A DNA stretch of 56,971 nt from assembly GCA_030065195.1 (NCBI GenBank), contig JASJDE010000004.1, forward strand, positions 1 to 56,971, in the 5' to 3' direction. The notes under the pieces were generated by a model. It searched no databases. It worked only from the letters and a program-made list of their open reading frames with translations, and had not been told where the DNA came from. This stretch comes from Erythrobacter sp. Its GTDB lineage: Bacteria; Pseudomonadota; Alphaproteobacteria; Sphingomonadales; Sphingomonadaceae. A program made the translations under genes and the position numbers. Of the stretch, positions 1 through 10,941 are shown one piece after another; the first letter of the stretch is position 1; every line of letters begins with the position of its first letter.

Positions 1-528
1 GCGCATGCCTATTGCGACTTCATGGAAAGCGAAGGACTGTCGGCAGCCGGCCTTGTCGAAGAGGCGGAGCGGCTGGGTCGGCCAAAGTATCCGGACCTCG
101 TGGAGTGGTTTTCCGAACGCTCTCGCGACACGCACGACCTGTTCCATGTGCTTACCGGCTATGGCCGCGACGCTTTGGGAGAGCAATGCGTCCTGTTGTT
201 CACCCACGGACAGTCGCCGAGCCAAGGCCATTTATTGATCGGCTACGCCGGCGCCGCGAACATCAAGAAGATGGTGTGGGGCAGCAGGGCGCCCGTGATG
301 GGTGCGGTCAACGAGGCTCGCCGAACCGGGAAGGGTGCGCCGCGGATGATCGAACAGTCGATCCGCGATTTGCTGGCAATGCCGATCGAAGACGTGCGCG
401 CCAAGCTGCGCATTCCGGAGCCGACCAAGTATCGCGAATGCCACCGCATCTGGCAGGAAGAGGGAATCAATCCCTTCGACCTGTTGGCCTCCGATACGAC
501 GCCGAAGAAAGAGCTGGTCTCGGCCTGA
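1..528 (+). CDS. Coq4 family protein (5' partial)
   Basis: Frame open from base 1; HDLFHVLTGYGRDALGE matches the Coq4 HDxxH-x11-E metal motif; paralogous to 1356-2153. Confidence 0.85.
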   Translation, partial: AHAYCDFMESEGLSAAGLVEEAERLGRPKYPDLVEWFSERSRDTHDLFHVLTGYGRDALGEQCVLLFTHGQSPSQGHLLIGYAGAANIKKMVWGSRAPVMGAVNEARRTGKGAPRMIEQSIRDLLAMPIEDVRAKLRIPEPTKYRECHRIWQEEGINPFDLLASDTTPKKELVSA

Positions 529-535
529 GCGGGAG

Positions 536-1222
536 CTAGAGCCAGCTGGAAATCTGGCTCAAGGGTTTCTTCTTCAAGGCGTGCGCGGGCACTGTTGCAT
601 CGTCGGTCGGATGTCCGACGACGACGATCATCAAGGGCTTCTCCCATTCCGGCCGTTCGCACGCTTCGCGCAGGAAACCCATGGGTGAGGGCGTATGGGT
701 AAGCGTGGCTAATCCCGCCTCGTGCAAGGTGGCGATCAGCATTCCGCACGCGATCCCGACGCTTTCATTGACGTAGTAGTTCTGCGTCTTGCCGTCTTCG
801 TCGATGCCGCCCTTGCGTTGTGCGAAGACGACGATCAGGTACGGCGCCGTTTCGAGAAACGGCTTGTCGGCATCGGTGCCGAGCTGCTTCAGCGCGCCAA
901 GCCATTCGTCGCTGGCCTTGGGATCCGCGCCGTCCGAGCCGTAGAAACGCCGTTCCTCCGCTTCCGCCGCCTGCCGGATCGCCTGCTTCTTCTCCGCCGA
1001 TTCCACCACAGCGAAATGCCAGGGCTGATGGTTTGCGCCATTGGGCGCCGTACCCGCAGCCTCAATCGCAGCTTCGATGACCTCGCGGGGGACGGGTGCA
1101 TCCGAGAAGTACCGGCAGGTGCGCCGTTCCTTCAATCGGTCGCGGAGGGAACGCGCGCGGGCGATGCTTTCGTCGTCCGCGAGGGACTCCAGCGAGTAGG
1201 GGACGGTCTCATGATCTTGCAT
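536..1222 (-). CDS. Nitroreductase family protein, iodotyrosine deiodinase-like
   Basis: RRTCRYFS, APNGANHQPWHF, EAEERRFY, KPFLETAP, YYVNESVGIACG and LTHTPSPM motifs. Confidence 0.85.
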   Translation of the reverse strand: MQDHETVPYSLESLADDESIARARSLRDRLKERRTCRYFSDAPVPREVIEAAIEAAGTAPNGANHQPWHFAVVESAEKKQAIRQAAEAEERRFYGSDGADPKASDEWLGALKQLGTDADKPFLETAPYLIVVFAQRKGGIDEDGKTQNYYVNESVGIACGMLIATLHEAGLATLTHTPSPMGFLREACERPEWEKPLMIVVVGHPTDDATVPAHALKKKPLSQISSWL

Positions 1223-1355
1223 GCTGCCTCTTTGGCAGAGATGCGGGCAAAGAAAAGAGGGGCCGGCTGGGCTCGCCGTCGATTTGACCGCGTGCTGACA
1301 CTAATGTAGGTTGCATCAAGTGAACTTAAATTGAGTCCCAACCGAGGCGTCTCCA

Positions 1356-2153
1356 ATGGCCATTCTCGACCTCCCGCTTGTGTCTCCCGACCGGGACCTC
1401 GCCAGCTTTAGACCCTTGAAAGCGCTGCATCACTTCCGGAATCTGGTGGCCGACAAGGAAGACACCAAAGAGGTGTTCTTCATCATCGAGGCGCTGAAGG
1501 GGCGGAAGATCCGCGCCCAGGCCAAGGCATTTCTGACAACGCGCACAGCGCACGATTTCATGCGCCGGGAAGAGACTCTGCCGATCGCGGATATGCTCGA
1601 CGATCACGATCGCTGGGCGAATTGCAGCCCCAACAGCGTCGCACAGCACTATATCAGCTTCATGAAGCGCGAAGGGCTGACCGCCAACGGCTTGGTGGAC
1701 GAGAGCTACGCATGGAGCCCGCGCGAGGACCGACCAGAGGACCAGGTCGAATGGTACGTGAACCGCATTCGCGACACGCACGATCTCTTTCACGTTCTCA
1801 CCACATATGGGCGCGATGCGTTGGGAGAAGCGAGCCTGCTGGGTTTCTCCTATGCGCAGAATCACAATCTGGGCGTGAGATTCATTGCCTATGCCGGCGC
1901 CTGGCAAATCAGGAAAGTGACAGGGACCAAGGCGCCCCTGTTCGCTGCCATTCGCGAAGGGGAGCGTTTGGGTAGATCCGCAGCCAAAATCTCCCACCAG
2001 GATATCGAAGCGTTGATGCGCGAAGATATCGACGACGTGCGCCGACGCCTCAATATCGGTGAGCCGGCGGTCTACCGTGAATGCGTCGAGATCCTCGAAA
2101 GCGAAGGCAACATGGTCGCTAATGTCGGATTGTCGAATCCCCAGGCCGCCTAG
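1356..2153 (+). CDS. Coq4 family protein
   Basis: RDTHDLFHVLTTYGRDALGE motif; GAGG SD upstream. Confidence 0.85.
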   Translation: MAILDLPLVSPDRDLASFRPLKALHHFRNLVADKEDTKEVFFIIEALKGRKIRAQAKAFLTTRTAHDFMRREETLPIADMLDDHDRWANCSPNSVAQHYISFMKREGLTANGLVDESYAWSPREDRPEDQVEWYVNRIRDTHDLFHVLTTYGRDALGEASLLGFSYAQNHNLGVRFIAYAGAWQIRKVTGTKAPLFAAIREGERLGRSAAKISHQDIEALMREDIDDVRRRLNIGEPAVYRECVEILESEGNMVANVGLSNPQAA

Positions 2154-2260
2154 CCGTATCCTTCCACCCTGACGGCGGTCGGCAAGCGGCCCTTCGTCGG
2201 GCCTTGCTTGAATGCGACTTGCGGCTTTCATGGGACGCGCCCTGATTCGCGGGCCCGTGA

Positions 2261-2668
2261 CTAGCGATCCGCCTTGGGGATGACGAATTTCAGGCCCGAC
2301 CAGGTTTCGTCGACAGCGCATTTCTTAGTGTCGACAAATCCGGAAGCGAGGCCAACGCGCTGCACGGCTGCCTGATCGAGCGCGGTCTCTTGGCCTGAAC
2401 CCTTCTTGGGCCAGCTGACCCAGACCTGTCCGTCCCTGGCGACCTGCTGGCGCAGCCGAGCTAGCCTGGAACGCAATTCGGATTCCCCGGTCACGAAGAT
2501 GTGCGCAGCATCGAATCCCTCGTCCGGATCGCCAACGAACGTCAATTCAAGCGCGTATTCGTCGATCTCGTCCTGCACGCTGCCGGGCATATTCTCGAAC
2601 CAGCAGCGCTGCCCGTCGCGCAGGTTGAGCTTCTTGGCGAGCGGAGTTCCAGAATATCCGGCGGGCAT
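2261..2668 (-). CDS. DUF3052 family protein
   Basis: GYSGTPLAKKL start; WVSWPKK and VDTKKCAVDETWSGLKFV motifs. Confidence 0.8.
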   Translation of the reverse strand: MPAGYSGTPLAKKLNLRDGQRCWFENMPGSVQDEIDEYALELTFVGDPDEGFDAAHIFVTGESELRSRLARLRQQVARDGQVWVSWPKKGSGQETALDQAAVQRVGLASGFVDTKKCAVDETWSGLKFVIPKADR

Positions 2669-2669
2669 G

Positions 2670-3417
<748 letters not shown>

Positions 3418-3421
<4 letters not shown>

Positions 3422-5670
3422 CCTTCCATCCAGTCGCGGAAGAAGCTTTCATGCGCCTCGCCCAGTTCGCAGAGCGATACGCCGAGCAGGCTGTCCCCAC
3501 CGACGGTTCCGATGCGGTGGAAGCCGACCATTTCGGCTTCGGGAATGTCGGGTCCTTCCGCGACAATTCGATTGAAAGCCTCGGCGTTCTCGGGCGCGAC
3601 CGTGATAACGTATCGAGCCTGATCTTCTCCGAACCACCATTGCGCGCGCGAGTAATCGTCATTCGCACTCACTTCGGCTCCGATACCGCCCGACAGCGCC
3701 ATTTCTGCCAGAGCAATTGCAAGGCCACCGTCCGAAAGGTCGTGTACCGCGCTCAGAAGGCGTTCGCCGATAAGCTTGCGCACGATCTGTCCGGCGCCGC
3801 GTTCGGCCTCGAGGCTGACTGGCGGTGCGCGGCCTTCGTCTCGGCCATGCACCGTCTTGAGCCACAGCGATTTGCCCAGATGCGAGCGGGTCGGGTCGGG
3901 TTTCGCCCAGAATTCGGGCGCGATAAGGTAGATCGCGTCGCCTTCCTTCTTGAAGGCGCTGGTAACCATCGTCGAAGCATCTTCGATTATGCCGACGCCG
4001 CCAATTGCCGGAGTCGGCAGGATAGCGGAACCTCCGCCGGTCGCCTTGCTTTCGTTGTAGAGCGAGACGTTGCCGCTCACGATCGGGAAATCGAGCGTGC
4101 GGCAGGCCTCGCCCATGCCTTCAAGGGCGTGGACGAACTGGCTCATGATCTCCGGACGCTGCGGGTTCGCGAAGTTGAGGCAGTTGGTGACTGCCAGTGG
4201 TCGCGCGCCAACCGCGCACAGATTGCGATAGGCTTCGGCGATCGCCTGCTTTCCCCCTTCGTAGGGGTCGGCGTGAACGTAGCGCGGGGTGCAATCGGTG
4301 CTGATCGCCAGTGCCTTCCCGGTCCCGTGGACGCGCACCACCGCTGCGTCGCCGCCGGTCTGGAGCGTGTCGGCCATCACCTGGCTGTCATACTGCTCGG
4401 CAATCCAGCGGCGCGAGGAGAGGTTGGGCGATGCGAGCAGTGCGAGCAGGTCCGCGCCGGGATTTTCCGTTTCCGGCACGTCCCGCATCGGCGCAATCCC
4501 GGCCCAAGCGGTGTATTCTTCCTTCGACAGGTAGGGCCGGTCGTATTCCGGTGCGTCGGCGGCGAGCGGCCCGAGTGGGATGTCGCACACCACTTCACCG
4601 TCGAACTCCAGCACCATGTGCTGTGTATCGGTGACCTCACCGATTACCGCGAAATCGAGCTCCCATTTCTCGAAGATCGCTTGTGCCATGGCCTCTTTGC
4701 CGGGCTTAAGAACCATGAGCATCCGCTCCTGGCTTTCGCTCAGCATCATTTCATAGGGCGTCATGCCTTCTTCGCGACATGGCACCTTGTTCATGTCGAG
4801 CCGAATCCCGGCCTTGCCATTCGTCGCCATTTCGACACTGGAGGAGGTCAGACCCGCCGCGCCCATATCCTGGATCGCGACTATGGCGTCGGTTGCCATC
4901 AACTCCAGACAGGCCTCGATCAGCAGTTTCTCGGTGAACGGGTCGCCGACCTGCACGGTCGGGCGCTTGGCTTCTGCGTCCTCCTCGAAGTCGGCACTCG
5001 CCATGGTCGCGCCGTGGATACCGTCGCGCCCGGTCTTCGATCCGACATAGACGATCGGGTTTCCGACCCCCGTCGCGGCCGAATAGAAGATCTTGTCTGC
5101 ATCGGCGATTCCGACCGTCATCGCATTGACGAGGATATTTCCGTCATAGGCTTCGTGGAAGTTGGTCTCGCCGCCAACGGTCGGCACGCCGACGCAATTG
5201 CCGTAGCCACCGATCCCGGCAACCACGCCCTGGACGAGATGCTTCATCTTGGGGTGATCCGGACGACCGAAGCGCAACGCGTTCATGTTCGCGACTGGAC
5301 GCGCGCCCATGGTGAACACGTCGCGCAGGATCCCGCCAACGCCCGTCGCCGCACCCTGGTAGGGTTCGATGTAAGACGGGTGGTTGTGGCTCTCCATCTT
5401 GAAGATTGCTGCTTGTCCGTCACCGATATCGATCACGCCGGCGTTCTCGCCCGGACCGCAGATCACCCACGGGGCCTCGGTCGGGAGTTTCTTGAGGTGC
5501 AGGCGCGAGCTCTTGTAGCTGCAATGCTCGGACCACATCACCGAAAAGATACCGAGTTCGACAAGGTTCGGCTCGCGTCCGAGGCCGGCCAGCACCCGCT
5601 CGTACTCTTCCGGTGAAAGGCCGTGCTGTTCGACGATTTCGGGGGTGATTTCGCGCGCGTCTTGGGTCAT
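3418..5670 (-). CDS. purL: Phosphoribosylformylglycinamidine synthase subunit PurL
   Basis: [24 protein letters not shown] and SESQERM motifs; start placed at MTQDARE. Confidence 0.97.
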
Positions 5671-5686
5671 GGCGAAGCCCCTTAAG

Positions 5687-6361
5687 TTAGACGCTCGACG
5701 CAGCCAAGCCGCCACGACGCAGGAAGTAGCGGTTCTCCCCGACCCACACGGCGAAAGCGGTCGCGACGCCAAAGGCGAACAGCGCCTGGATGTAGAGCAT
5801 CAACCCGGCCTGGGTGGGCTCCGGTCCGAACCAGTTGATGGTCTGGAAAGCCAGCAGGACGCCAATCAGGATCAGCGGCGGGCCGATGGGTCCGCGCGAC
5901 TTGCGGACGTAAAAGACAAAGGCGCCGAGCGTGATCAACAGCTCCAGCGGCATCGCGATATAGGGAAAGTTCCAGAGGCCAAGCCCGTATGCTTCGGGCC
6001 CGCCGGCAATTGTCAGATCCGGTCGATGGGTCAGCCAGTCCAGGATCCAATGCGAAAGGACGACGAGTCCGGCCAGGAGGCCGCCGAATGCGTTGCGCTG
6101 CCACACCATCACCAACAACGCGAACCCCAATGCCCAGGCACCCGTCCCGGCGAGGCTGTGCGTGTAGGGCATGTAGTGCAGGTCGAACGGGACCATGACG
6201 GTCGCATCCGGATCGACGCGCATCTTCTCGATCCCCAGGATTGCAAGCACGAAGAAGCCCCAATCGACCAGTTGGGCGGCGACGAACATGGTTCCGAGCT
6301 TCGGCGCGCGCGGTCCCGCGGCGGCCGCGACAAATGCCGGTGCGAAATGTCCGATGAACAT
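5687..6361 (-). CDS. Membrane protein, putative metal-dependent hydrolase
   Basis: MFIGH start, PYTHSL and SHWILDW motifs, several TM segments. Confidence 0.7.
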   Translation of the reverse strand: MFIGHFAPAFVAAAAGPRAPKLGTMFVAAQLVDWGFFVLAILGIEKMRVDPDATVMVPFDLHYMPYTHSLAGTGAWALGFALLVMVWQRNAFGGLLAGLVVLSHWILDWLTHRPDLTIAGGPEAYGLGLWNFPYIAMPLELLITLGAFVFYVRKSRGPIGPPLILIGVLLAFQTINWFGPEPTQAGLMLYIQALFAFGVATAFAVWVGENRYFLRRGGLAASSV

Positions 6362-6379
6362 GCTCTGCCCAGATCCTTC

Positions 6380-6781
6380 CTACTTGGTGAAGCGCAGCGT
6401 CAGATAGGCGGACGCCGCAGATGTGGTCGCGGTCGCAAACATCCCCCAGAGGATGTCGGCGATGGTAATGTGAGTGGCCCAGGCCTTGAAGACCGCCTGG
6501 CTGGTCAGATCGAAAGTCGCATAGCAGAGACCGCCCAGGAGCGCGCCGTTCAGAAGCGCGGTCGACACTTTCCGGCTCTCGATCGCGGGTCTGATGGCGA
6601 ACCACACCATCCCGGCCAAATAGAGGAAGTAGAAGGCGCCGGCCGCGGCGACATTCACATCCTCGGCCATGATTTCGCCGATCGTGGGCTGGTATAGGTT
6701 CGGCCCGGCCCAGTTCAGCCACATCGCATCGAGCACGCCAAACACCACTGCCGCCGAAAAGTAGGCGATGATCCACTTCAT
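6380..6781 (-). CDS. DUF2177 family membrane protein
   Basis: LDAMWL, YATFDLT and DILWG motifs; four hydrophobic segments. Confidence 0.8.
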   Translation of the reverse strand: MKWIIAYFSAAVVFGVLDAMWLNWAGPNLYQPTIGEIMAEDVNVAAAGAFYFLYLAGMVWFAIRPAIESRKVSTALLNGALLGGLCYATFDLTSQAVFKAWATHITIADILWGMFATATTSAASAYLTLRFTK

Positions 6782-6844
6782 TTGCGATTCCCCGTTTGCG
6801 CTCAGCCTTGACCGGGCGGCGCGGCGCGGTCAATGCTCCGAAGC

Positions 6845-7114
6845 ATGGACGAGGGCAACGGCTCCGCTGCACAGGCGGACGATATCGAAAAGATGAGCTT
6901 CGAAGAGGCGCTGCGTGCGCTCGAAGACATAGTCACCCAGCTGGAGCGCGGCGATGTGCCGTTGGACGATTCCATCACTCTTTACGAACGCGGCGAGGAG
7001 CTGCGGGCTGCGTGCCAGAAGCGACTGGATGCCGCCCAGGCACGGATCGAGAAGATAGTGACCGGCGCCGACGGCAAGCCGGGAGGCACAGTGCCTCTCG
7101 ACGCGGATCGCTAG
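6845..7114 (+). CDS. xseB: Exodeoxyribonuclease VII small subunit
   Basis: SFEEALRALEDIVTQLERGDVPLDDSITLYERG; directly upstream of ispA. Confidence 0.95.
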   Translation: MDEGNGSAAQADDIEKMSFEEALRALEDIVTQLERGDVPLDDSITLYERGEELRAACQKRLDAAQARIEKIVTGADGKPGGTVPLDADR

Positions 7115-7115
7115 G

Positions 7116-8030
7116 ATGGGGCTGGCCGAAGTACAGAACGACCTGCTGGCGGAGGGATTGAACCGCATCCAGCGCGAAGTGGATTCGGTCTTCGACGCCT
7201 TCCTGCCGGTGCCCGACGACACACGCGCCAGGCTGGTCGAAGCAATGCGGTACGCGAGCATCGGCGGCGGCAAGCGTGTCCGGCCGCTGCTTTTGGTCAG
7301 CACCGCCGAATTGTTCGGAGTCGATCGCACCGCGGCCTTGCGCGCTGGAGCGGCGGTGGAGGCGATCCACGTCTATTCGCTGATCCATGACGACCTGCCG
7401 TGCATGGACGACGACGATATGCGCCACGGCAAGCCGACCTTGCACCGGGCCTTCGACGAAGCGACGGCGGTTTTGGCAGGCGATGCCCTGCATGCGCTCG
7501 CCTTTGAGATCCTTGCCGATCGCGATACCAGCAGCGATCCATTCACTCGTTCCGAGCTGATCGCCACGCTGGGCCAGGCGAGCGGGATGGGCGGTATGGC
7601 CGGCGGCCAGATGATGGATATGGTCGCCGACGAAGAAGGGGTCGACTACGATCTGCACACCATCACGCGGCTGCAACAATTGAAGACCGGCGCATTGCTC
7701 GCCGCCAGTGTCGAAATGGGAGCGATCCTCGGCAAGGTACCCCATGAGGGACGCGCCCATCTGCGTGCCTATTCGCGCGACATTGGTCTTGCATTCCAGA
7801 TCGCCGACGATTTGCTGGATGTAACGGGTGACGAGGAAAAGGCCGGCAAGGCGCTTCGCAAGGACGACAAGCAGGGCAAGCAGACTTTCGTTACGTTGAT
7901 GGGCGTGGACAAGGCGCGCGAACAGGCGCGTGTGCTGGTCGAACAAGCGATCGGGCACCTGGGCGGGCACGGCGAGGAAGCCAACATGCTGCGCGCGCTT
8001 GCGCGATTCATTGTCGAGCGCGACCGGTGA
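7116..8030 (+). CDS. ispA: Farnesyl/geranyl diphosphate synthase
   Basis: GGKRVRP, HDDLPCMDDDDMR and FQIADDLLD motifs. Confidence 0.93.
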   Translation: MGLAEVQNDLLAEGLNRIQREVDSVFDAFLPVPDDTRARLVEAMRYASIGGGKRVRPLLLVSTAELFGVDRTAALRAGAAVEAIHVYSLIHDDLPCMDDDDMRHGKPTLHRAFDEATAVLAGDALHALAFEILADRDTSSDPFTRSELIATLGQASGMGGMAGGQMMDMVADEEGVDYDLHTITRLQQLKTGALLAASVEMGAILGKVPHEGRAHLRAYSRDIGLAFQIADDLLDVTGDEEKAGKALRKDDKQGKQTFVTLMGVDKAREQARVLVEQAIGHLGGHGEEANMLRALARFIVERDR

Positions 8031-8509
8031 AAGCCCACTTGGCGGCGATGCTCGCCCCGCTGGCCATTGCCGCAACGGCGTGCGGCGGAGACTCTCAACC
8101 AAGCGCGTCGGATACGGCGTCGCAATCGGTCGATGATGTCGAAACGGGCGGTGTCGAAGCGGTTGCCGATGCCGATGCTGAAGTCGCGGAATGCGGTCGC
8201 GATGCCGAAAGCCAGGTTTCCTGCTTCGTGAGAGCATTCAAACTCAAGGAATGCGATGCCGCACAAGTGCTTGGCTCGATGTTTCGCGCGAACGATGCGG
8301 CAGACACATACGAACACCGCACCGCATATGGTCTCGACAATGCGTGCCTCGCGGATCTTGAAGGTGCCGCCAAGCGCCGCAACCTGCGTGAGAACGAGCA
8401 GGGCGAGTTGGTCGCAAGGCGGAAAAACGGCTATCGCGAGAAATTGATAATCGGCCTGCAAGTTTCGCCGGACGGAACCGTGGTCGAGTGGGAGAGGACA
8501 CAGGAATGA
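8027..8509 (+). CDS. Hypothetical lipoprotein
   Basis: Signal peptide ending ATAC; overlaps ispA stop (GTGA) and coaD start (ATGA). Confidence 0.7.
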   Translation: MKAHLAAMLAPLAIAATACGGDSQPSASDTASQSVDDVETGGVEAVADADAEVAECGRDAESQVSCFVRAFKLKECDAAQVLGSMFRANDAADTYEHRTAYGLDNACLADLEGAAKRRNLRENEQGELVARRKNGYREKLIIGLQVSPDGTVVEWERTQE

Positions 8510-9018
8510 ACGAGCGCGTCGGGATCTATCCCGGGACTTTCGATCCGATCACCTTGGGCCATGCCGATATCATTCGGCGCGGCGCGAAACTGGTTGACAA
8601 ACTTATCATCGGGGTGACCACCAACCCGTCCAAGAATCCGATGTTTTCGACCGAAGAACGCTTCGCGATGGTCGAACGCGAAGTCGCCAATATGGGCCTC
8701 GACAATGTCGAGGTGGTCGGATTCAACGCACTGTTGGTCAAATTCGCGCAGAAGCAGGGCGCGAGCGTCATCATTCGCGGCCTTCGCGCCGTTGCCGATT
8801 TCGAATACGAATATCAGATGGCGGGCATGAACCAGCAACTCGACGACAATATCGAAACAGTCTTCCTGATGGCGGACGTGTCATTGCAGCCGATCGCCTC
8901 CAAACTGGTAAAGGAAATAGCCCTTTACGGCGGTGACATCGCACCGTTTGTCAGCCCGGACGTCCGCACCGAAGTGGTGGAGCGGGTCGAAGCGACCGGG
9001 CGGAAGGGGGATTACTGA
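8506..9018 (+). CDS. coaD: Phosphopantetheine adenylyltransferase
   Basis: YPGTFDPITLGH and RGLRAVADFEYE motifs. Confidence 0.97.
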   Translation: MNERVGIYPGTFDPITLGHADIIRRGAKLVDKLIIGVTTNPSKNPMFSTEERFAMVEREVANMGLDNVEVVGFNALLVKFAQKQGASVIIRGLRAVADFEYEYQMAGMNQQLDDNIETVFLMADVSLQPIASKLVKEIALYGGDIAPFVSPDVRTEVVERVEATGRKGDY

Positions 9019-9128
9019 GGGGCCCCGACGCTTAGCTTAGCTGTCGATGGCCCATGGATCATTCATTGAAGTGTCAGCCGCGCCCGGTTAAACCGCGCGC
9101 TAACTTGGACAACACCGCGAACCTCAAC

Positions 9129-9824
9129 ATGATGAAGACCCTGCTCGGCGCCTGCGCCGCCCTATCGCTTACCGCCATTCCCTCGACCGCTGCCGCTCAG
9201 GCGCTCGATACTGAAGGAGATCAGGAGGGCGCGTCGGAAGCGCGGCGTTCCTTCAACCCGATCAATTACGATGCGACTGCCGATCGTGAGAACATCTGGG
9301 TGCTCGATCTTTCGAATGGGGAGCGTGTGCAGATTCGATTGATGCCGAGTTGGGCTCCCAGCCATGTCGAGCGGATCAAAACGCTGACCCGACAGGGTTT
9401 TTACGACGGGATTGTCTTTCACCGCGTGATCGAAGGATTCATGGCCCAGGGCGGCGATCCTACGGGCACCGGGCAGGGGGGCTCGCAGCTTCCCGACCTC
9501 GACGCTGAATTCAATCCCATGCCGCATGTGCGCGGCAGCGTTTCGATGGCGCGCGCTACCGAAGAAAACAGTGCGAACAGCCAGTTCTTCATCGTGTTCT
9601 ATCCGCGGTTCAGCCTCGACAAGCGCTACACCAATTTTGGTCGGGTGATTTCCAACATGGCGGCCGTGGATGCAATCAATCGTGGCGAACCGCCGCAGGA
9701 ACCGACGCGGATCCTGCAGGCTTCGCTCGCCAGCGACAATCGCCCGGTTCCTCCGCCGCCAGCGCCCGAGCCGGAGCCGACGATCACCGCCGATCTTCTG
9801 AGCGCGCCGCTGGAGCAGCAGTAG
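9129..9824 (+). CDS. Cyclophilin-type peptidyl-prolyl isomerase with signal peptide
   Basis: FYDGIVFHRVIEGFMAQGGDPTGTG and SANSQFFI motifs. Confidence 0.93.
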   Translation: MMKTLLGACAALSLTAIPSTAAAQALDTEGDQEGASEARRSFNPINYDATADRENIWVLDLSNGERVQIRLMPSWAPSHVERIKTLTRQGFYDGIVFHRVIEGFMAQGGDPTGTGQGGSQLPDLDAEFNPMPHVRGSVSMARATEENSANSQFFIVFYPRFSLDKRYTNFGRVISNMAAVDAINRGEPPQEPTRILQASLASDNRPVPPPPAPEPEPTITADLLSAPLEQQ

Positions 9825-9862
9825 GGCTTTCCGAAATGTCGAGTGGCGGCTAGTCGCGCGCC

Positions 9863-10900
9863 ATGAAAGTCGATCTCTTCGATTTCGAGCTACCGCAAGA
9901 GCGGATCGCATTGCGTCCGGTGCGTCCGCGCGACGCGGCGCGAATGCTGGTCGTGCGCGGAACGGATGCGCCGTTCGAGGATCGCGGCGTGCGCGACTTG
10001 CCGGACTTGCTGGATCCCGGCGACGTGCTGGTCTTCAACGATACCCGCGTAATTCCAGCCCAACTCGAGGGGCGCCGTGCAGATGGCGAAGCCAAGGTCG
10101 GGGCAACCCTGCACAAGCGCATCGACCTGCGGCGATGGCAGGCCTTCATTCGCAATGCCAAGCGGGTGAAGGAGGGCGATGGACTGGTGTTCGGTGGGGG
10201 TGTGACCGCCCTTGCCGAGCAACGCCACGGCGATGGCAGCATGACCCTCGCCTTTGCCGGCGAAGAGCCGGTCGAGGTGCTGCTCGAACGCGCCGGTCGG
10301 ATGCCGCTTCCTCCCTACATTGCCGGTAAGCGGGACATCGATGCGCGCGATCTCGAAGACTACCAAACGATGTTCGCCAGGGAGGACGGGGCGGTGGCGG
10401 CGCCGACTGCCTCGCTGCATTTCACCGACGAGCTGGTCGAAGCGCTCGATAATCGCGGTATCAAGCGCGAAATGCTGACCCTGCATGTCGGGGCAGGGAC
10501 CTTCCTGCCGGTGAAAGCGGACGACACCGACGATCACGACATGCATTCGGAATTCGGGCGCATCGCCGCGGCCACGGCGGATCGGCTCAATGCGGCTCGC
10601 GCTGCGGGGGGACGTGTCATCGCAGTCGGCACGACTTCGCTCAGGCTGCTCGAAAGTGCCGCCCGGCCTGATCGGACGATTGCCCCATTCGAAGGCGACA
10701 CCGACATCTTCATAACGCCCGGTTACGAATTCAAGTGTGTCGACGGTCTGATGACGAACTTCCATCTGCCGAAATCGACGCTGGTGATGTTGGTCAGCGC
10801 CTTGATGGGCCGCGAACGCATGCTGGCCGCCTACGAACATGCCATCGCCGGCAATTATCGTTTCTACTCCTATGGAGATTCTTCGCTGCTATTGCCGTGA
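9863..10900 (+). CDS. queA: S-adenosylmethionine:tRNA ribosyltransferase-isomerase
   Basis: [36 protein letters not shown] and FYSYGD motifs. Confidence 0.97.
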   Translation: MKVDLFDFELPQERIALRPVRPRDAARMLVVRGTDAPFEDRGVRDLPDLLDPGDVLVFNDTRVIPAQLEGRRADGEAKVGATLHKRIDLRRWQAFIRNAKRVKEGDGLVFGGGVTALAEQRHGDGSMTLAFAGEEPVEVLLERAGRMPLPPYIAGKRDIDARDLEDYQTMFAREDGAVAAPTASLHFTDELVEALDNRGIKREMLTLHVGAGTFLPVKADDTDDHDMHSEFGRIAAATADRLNAARAAGGRVIAVGTTSLRLLESAARPDRTIAPFEGDTDIFITPGYEFKCVDGLMTNFHLPKSTLVMLVSALMGRERMLAAYEHAIAGNYRFYSYGDSSLLLP

Positions 10901-10941
10901 GGCGGCTTGCAATCGGCGGGCAGCCTGCCAAATGGCGAAAG

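Noticed and set aside
6808-6833. TTGACCG-N12-CGGTCAA inverted repeat
   Set aside because: Most simply explained as overlapping -35 boxes of the divergent xseB and DUF2177 promoters.
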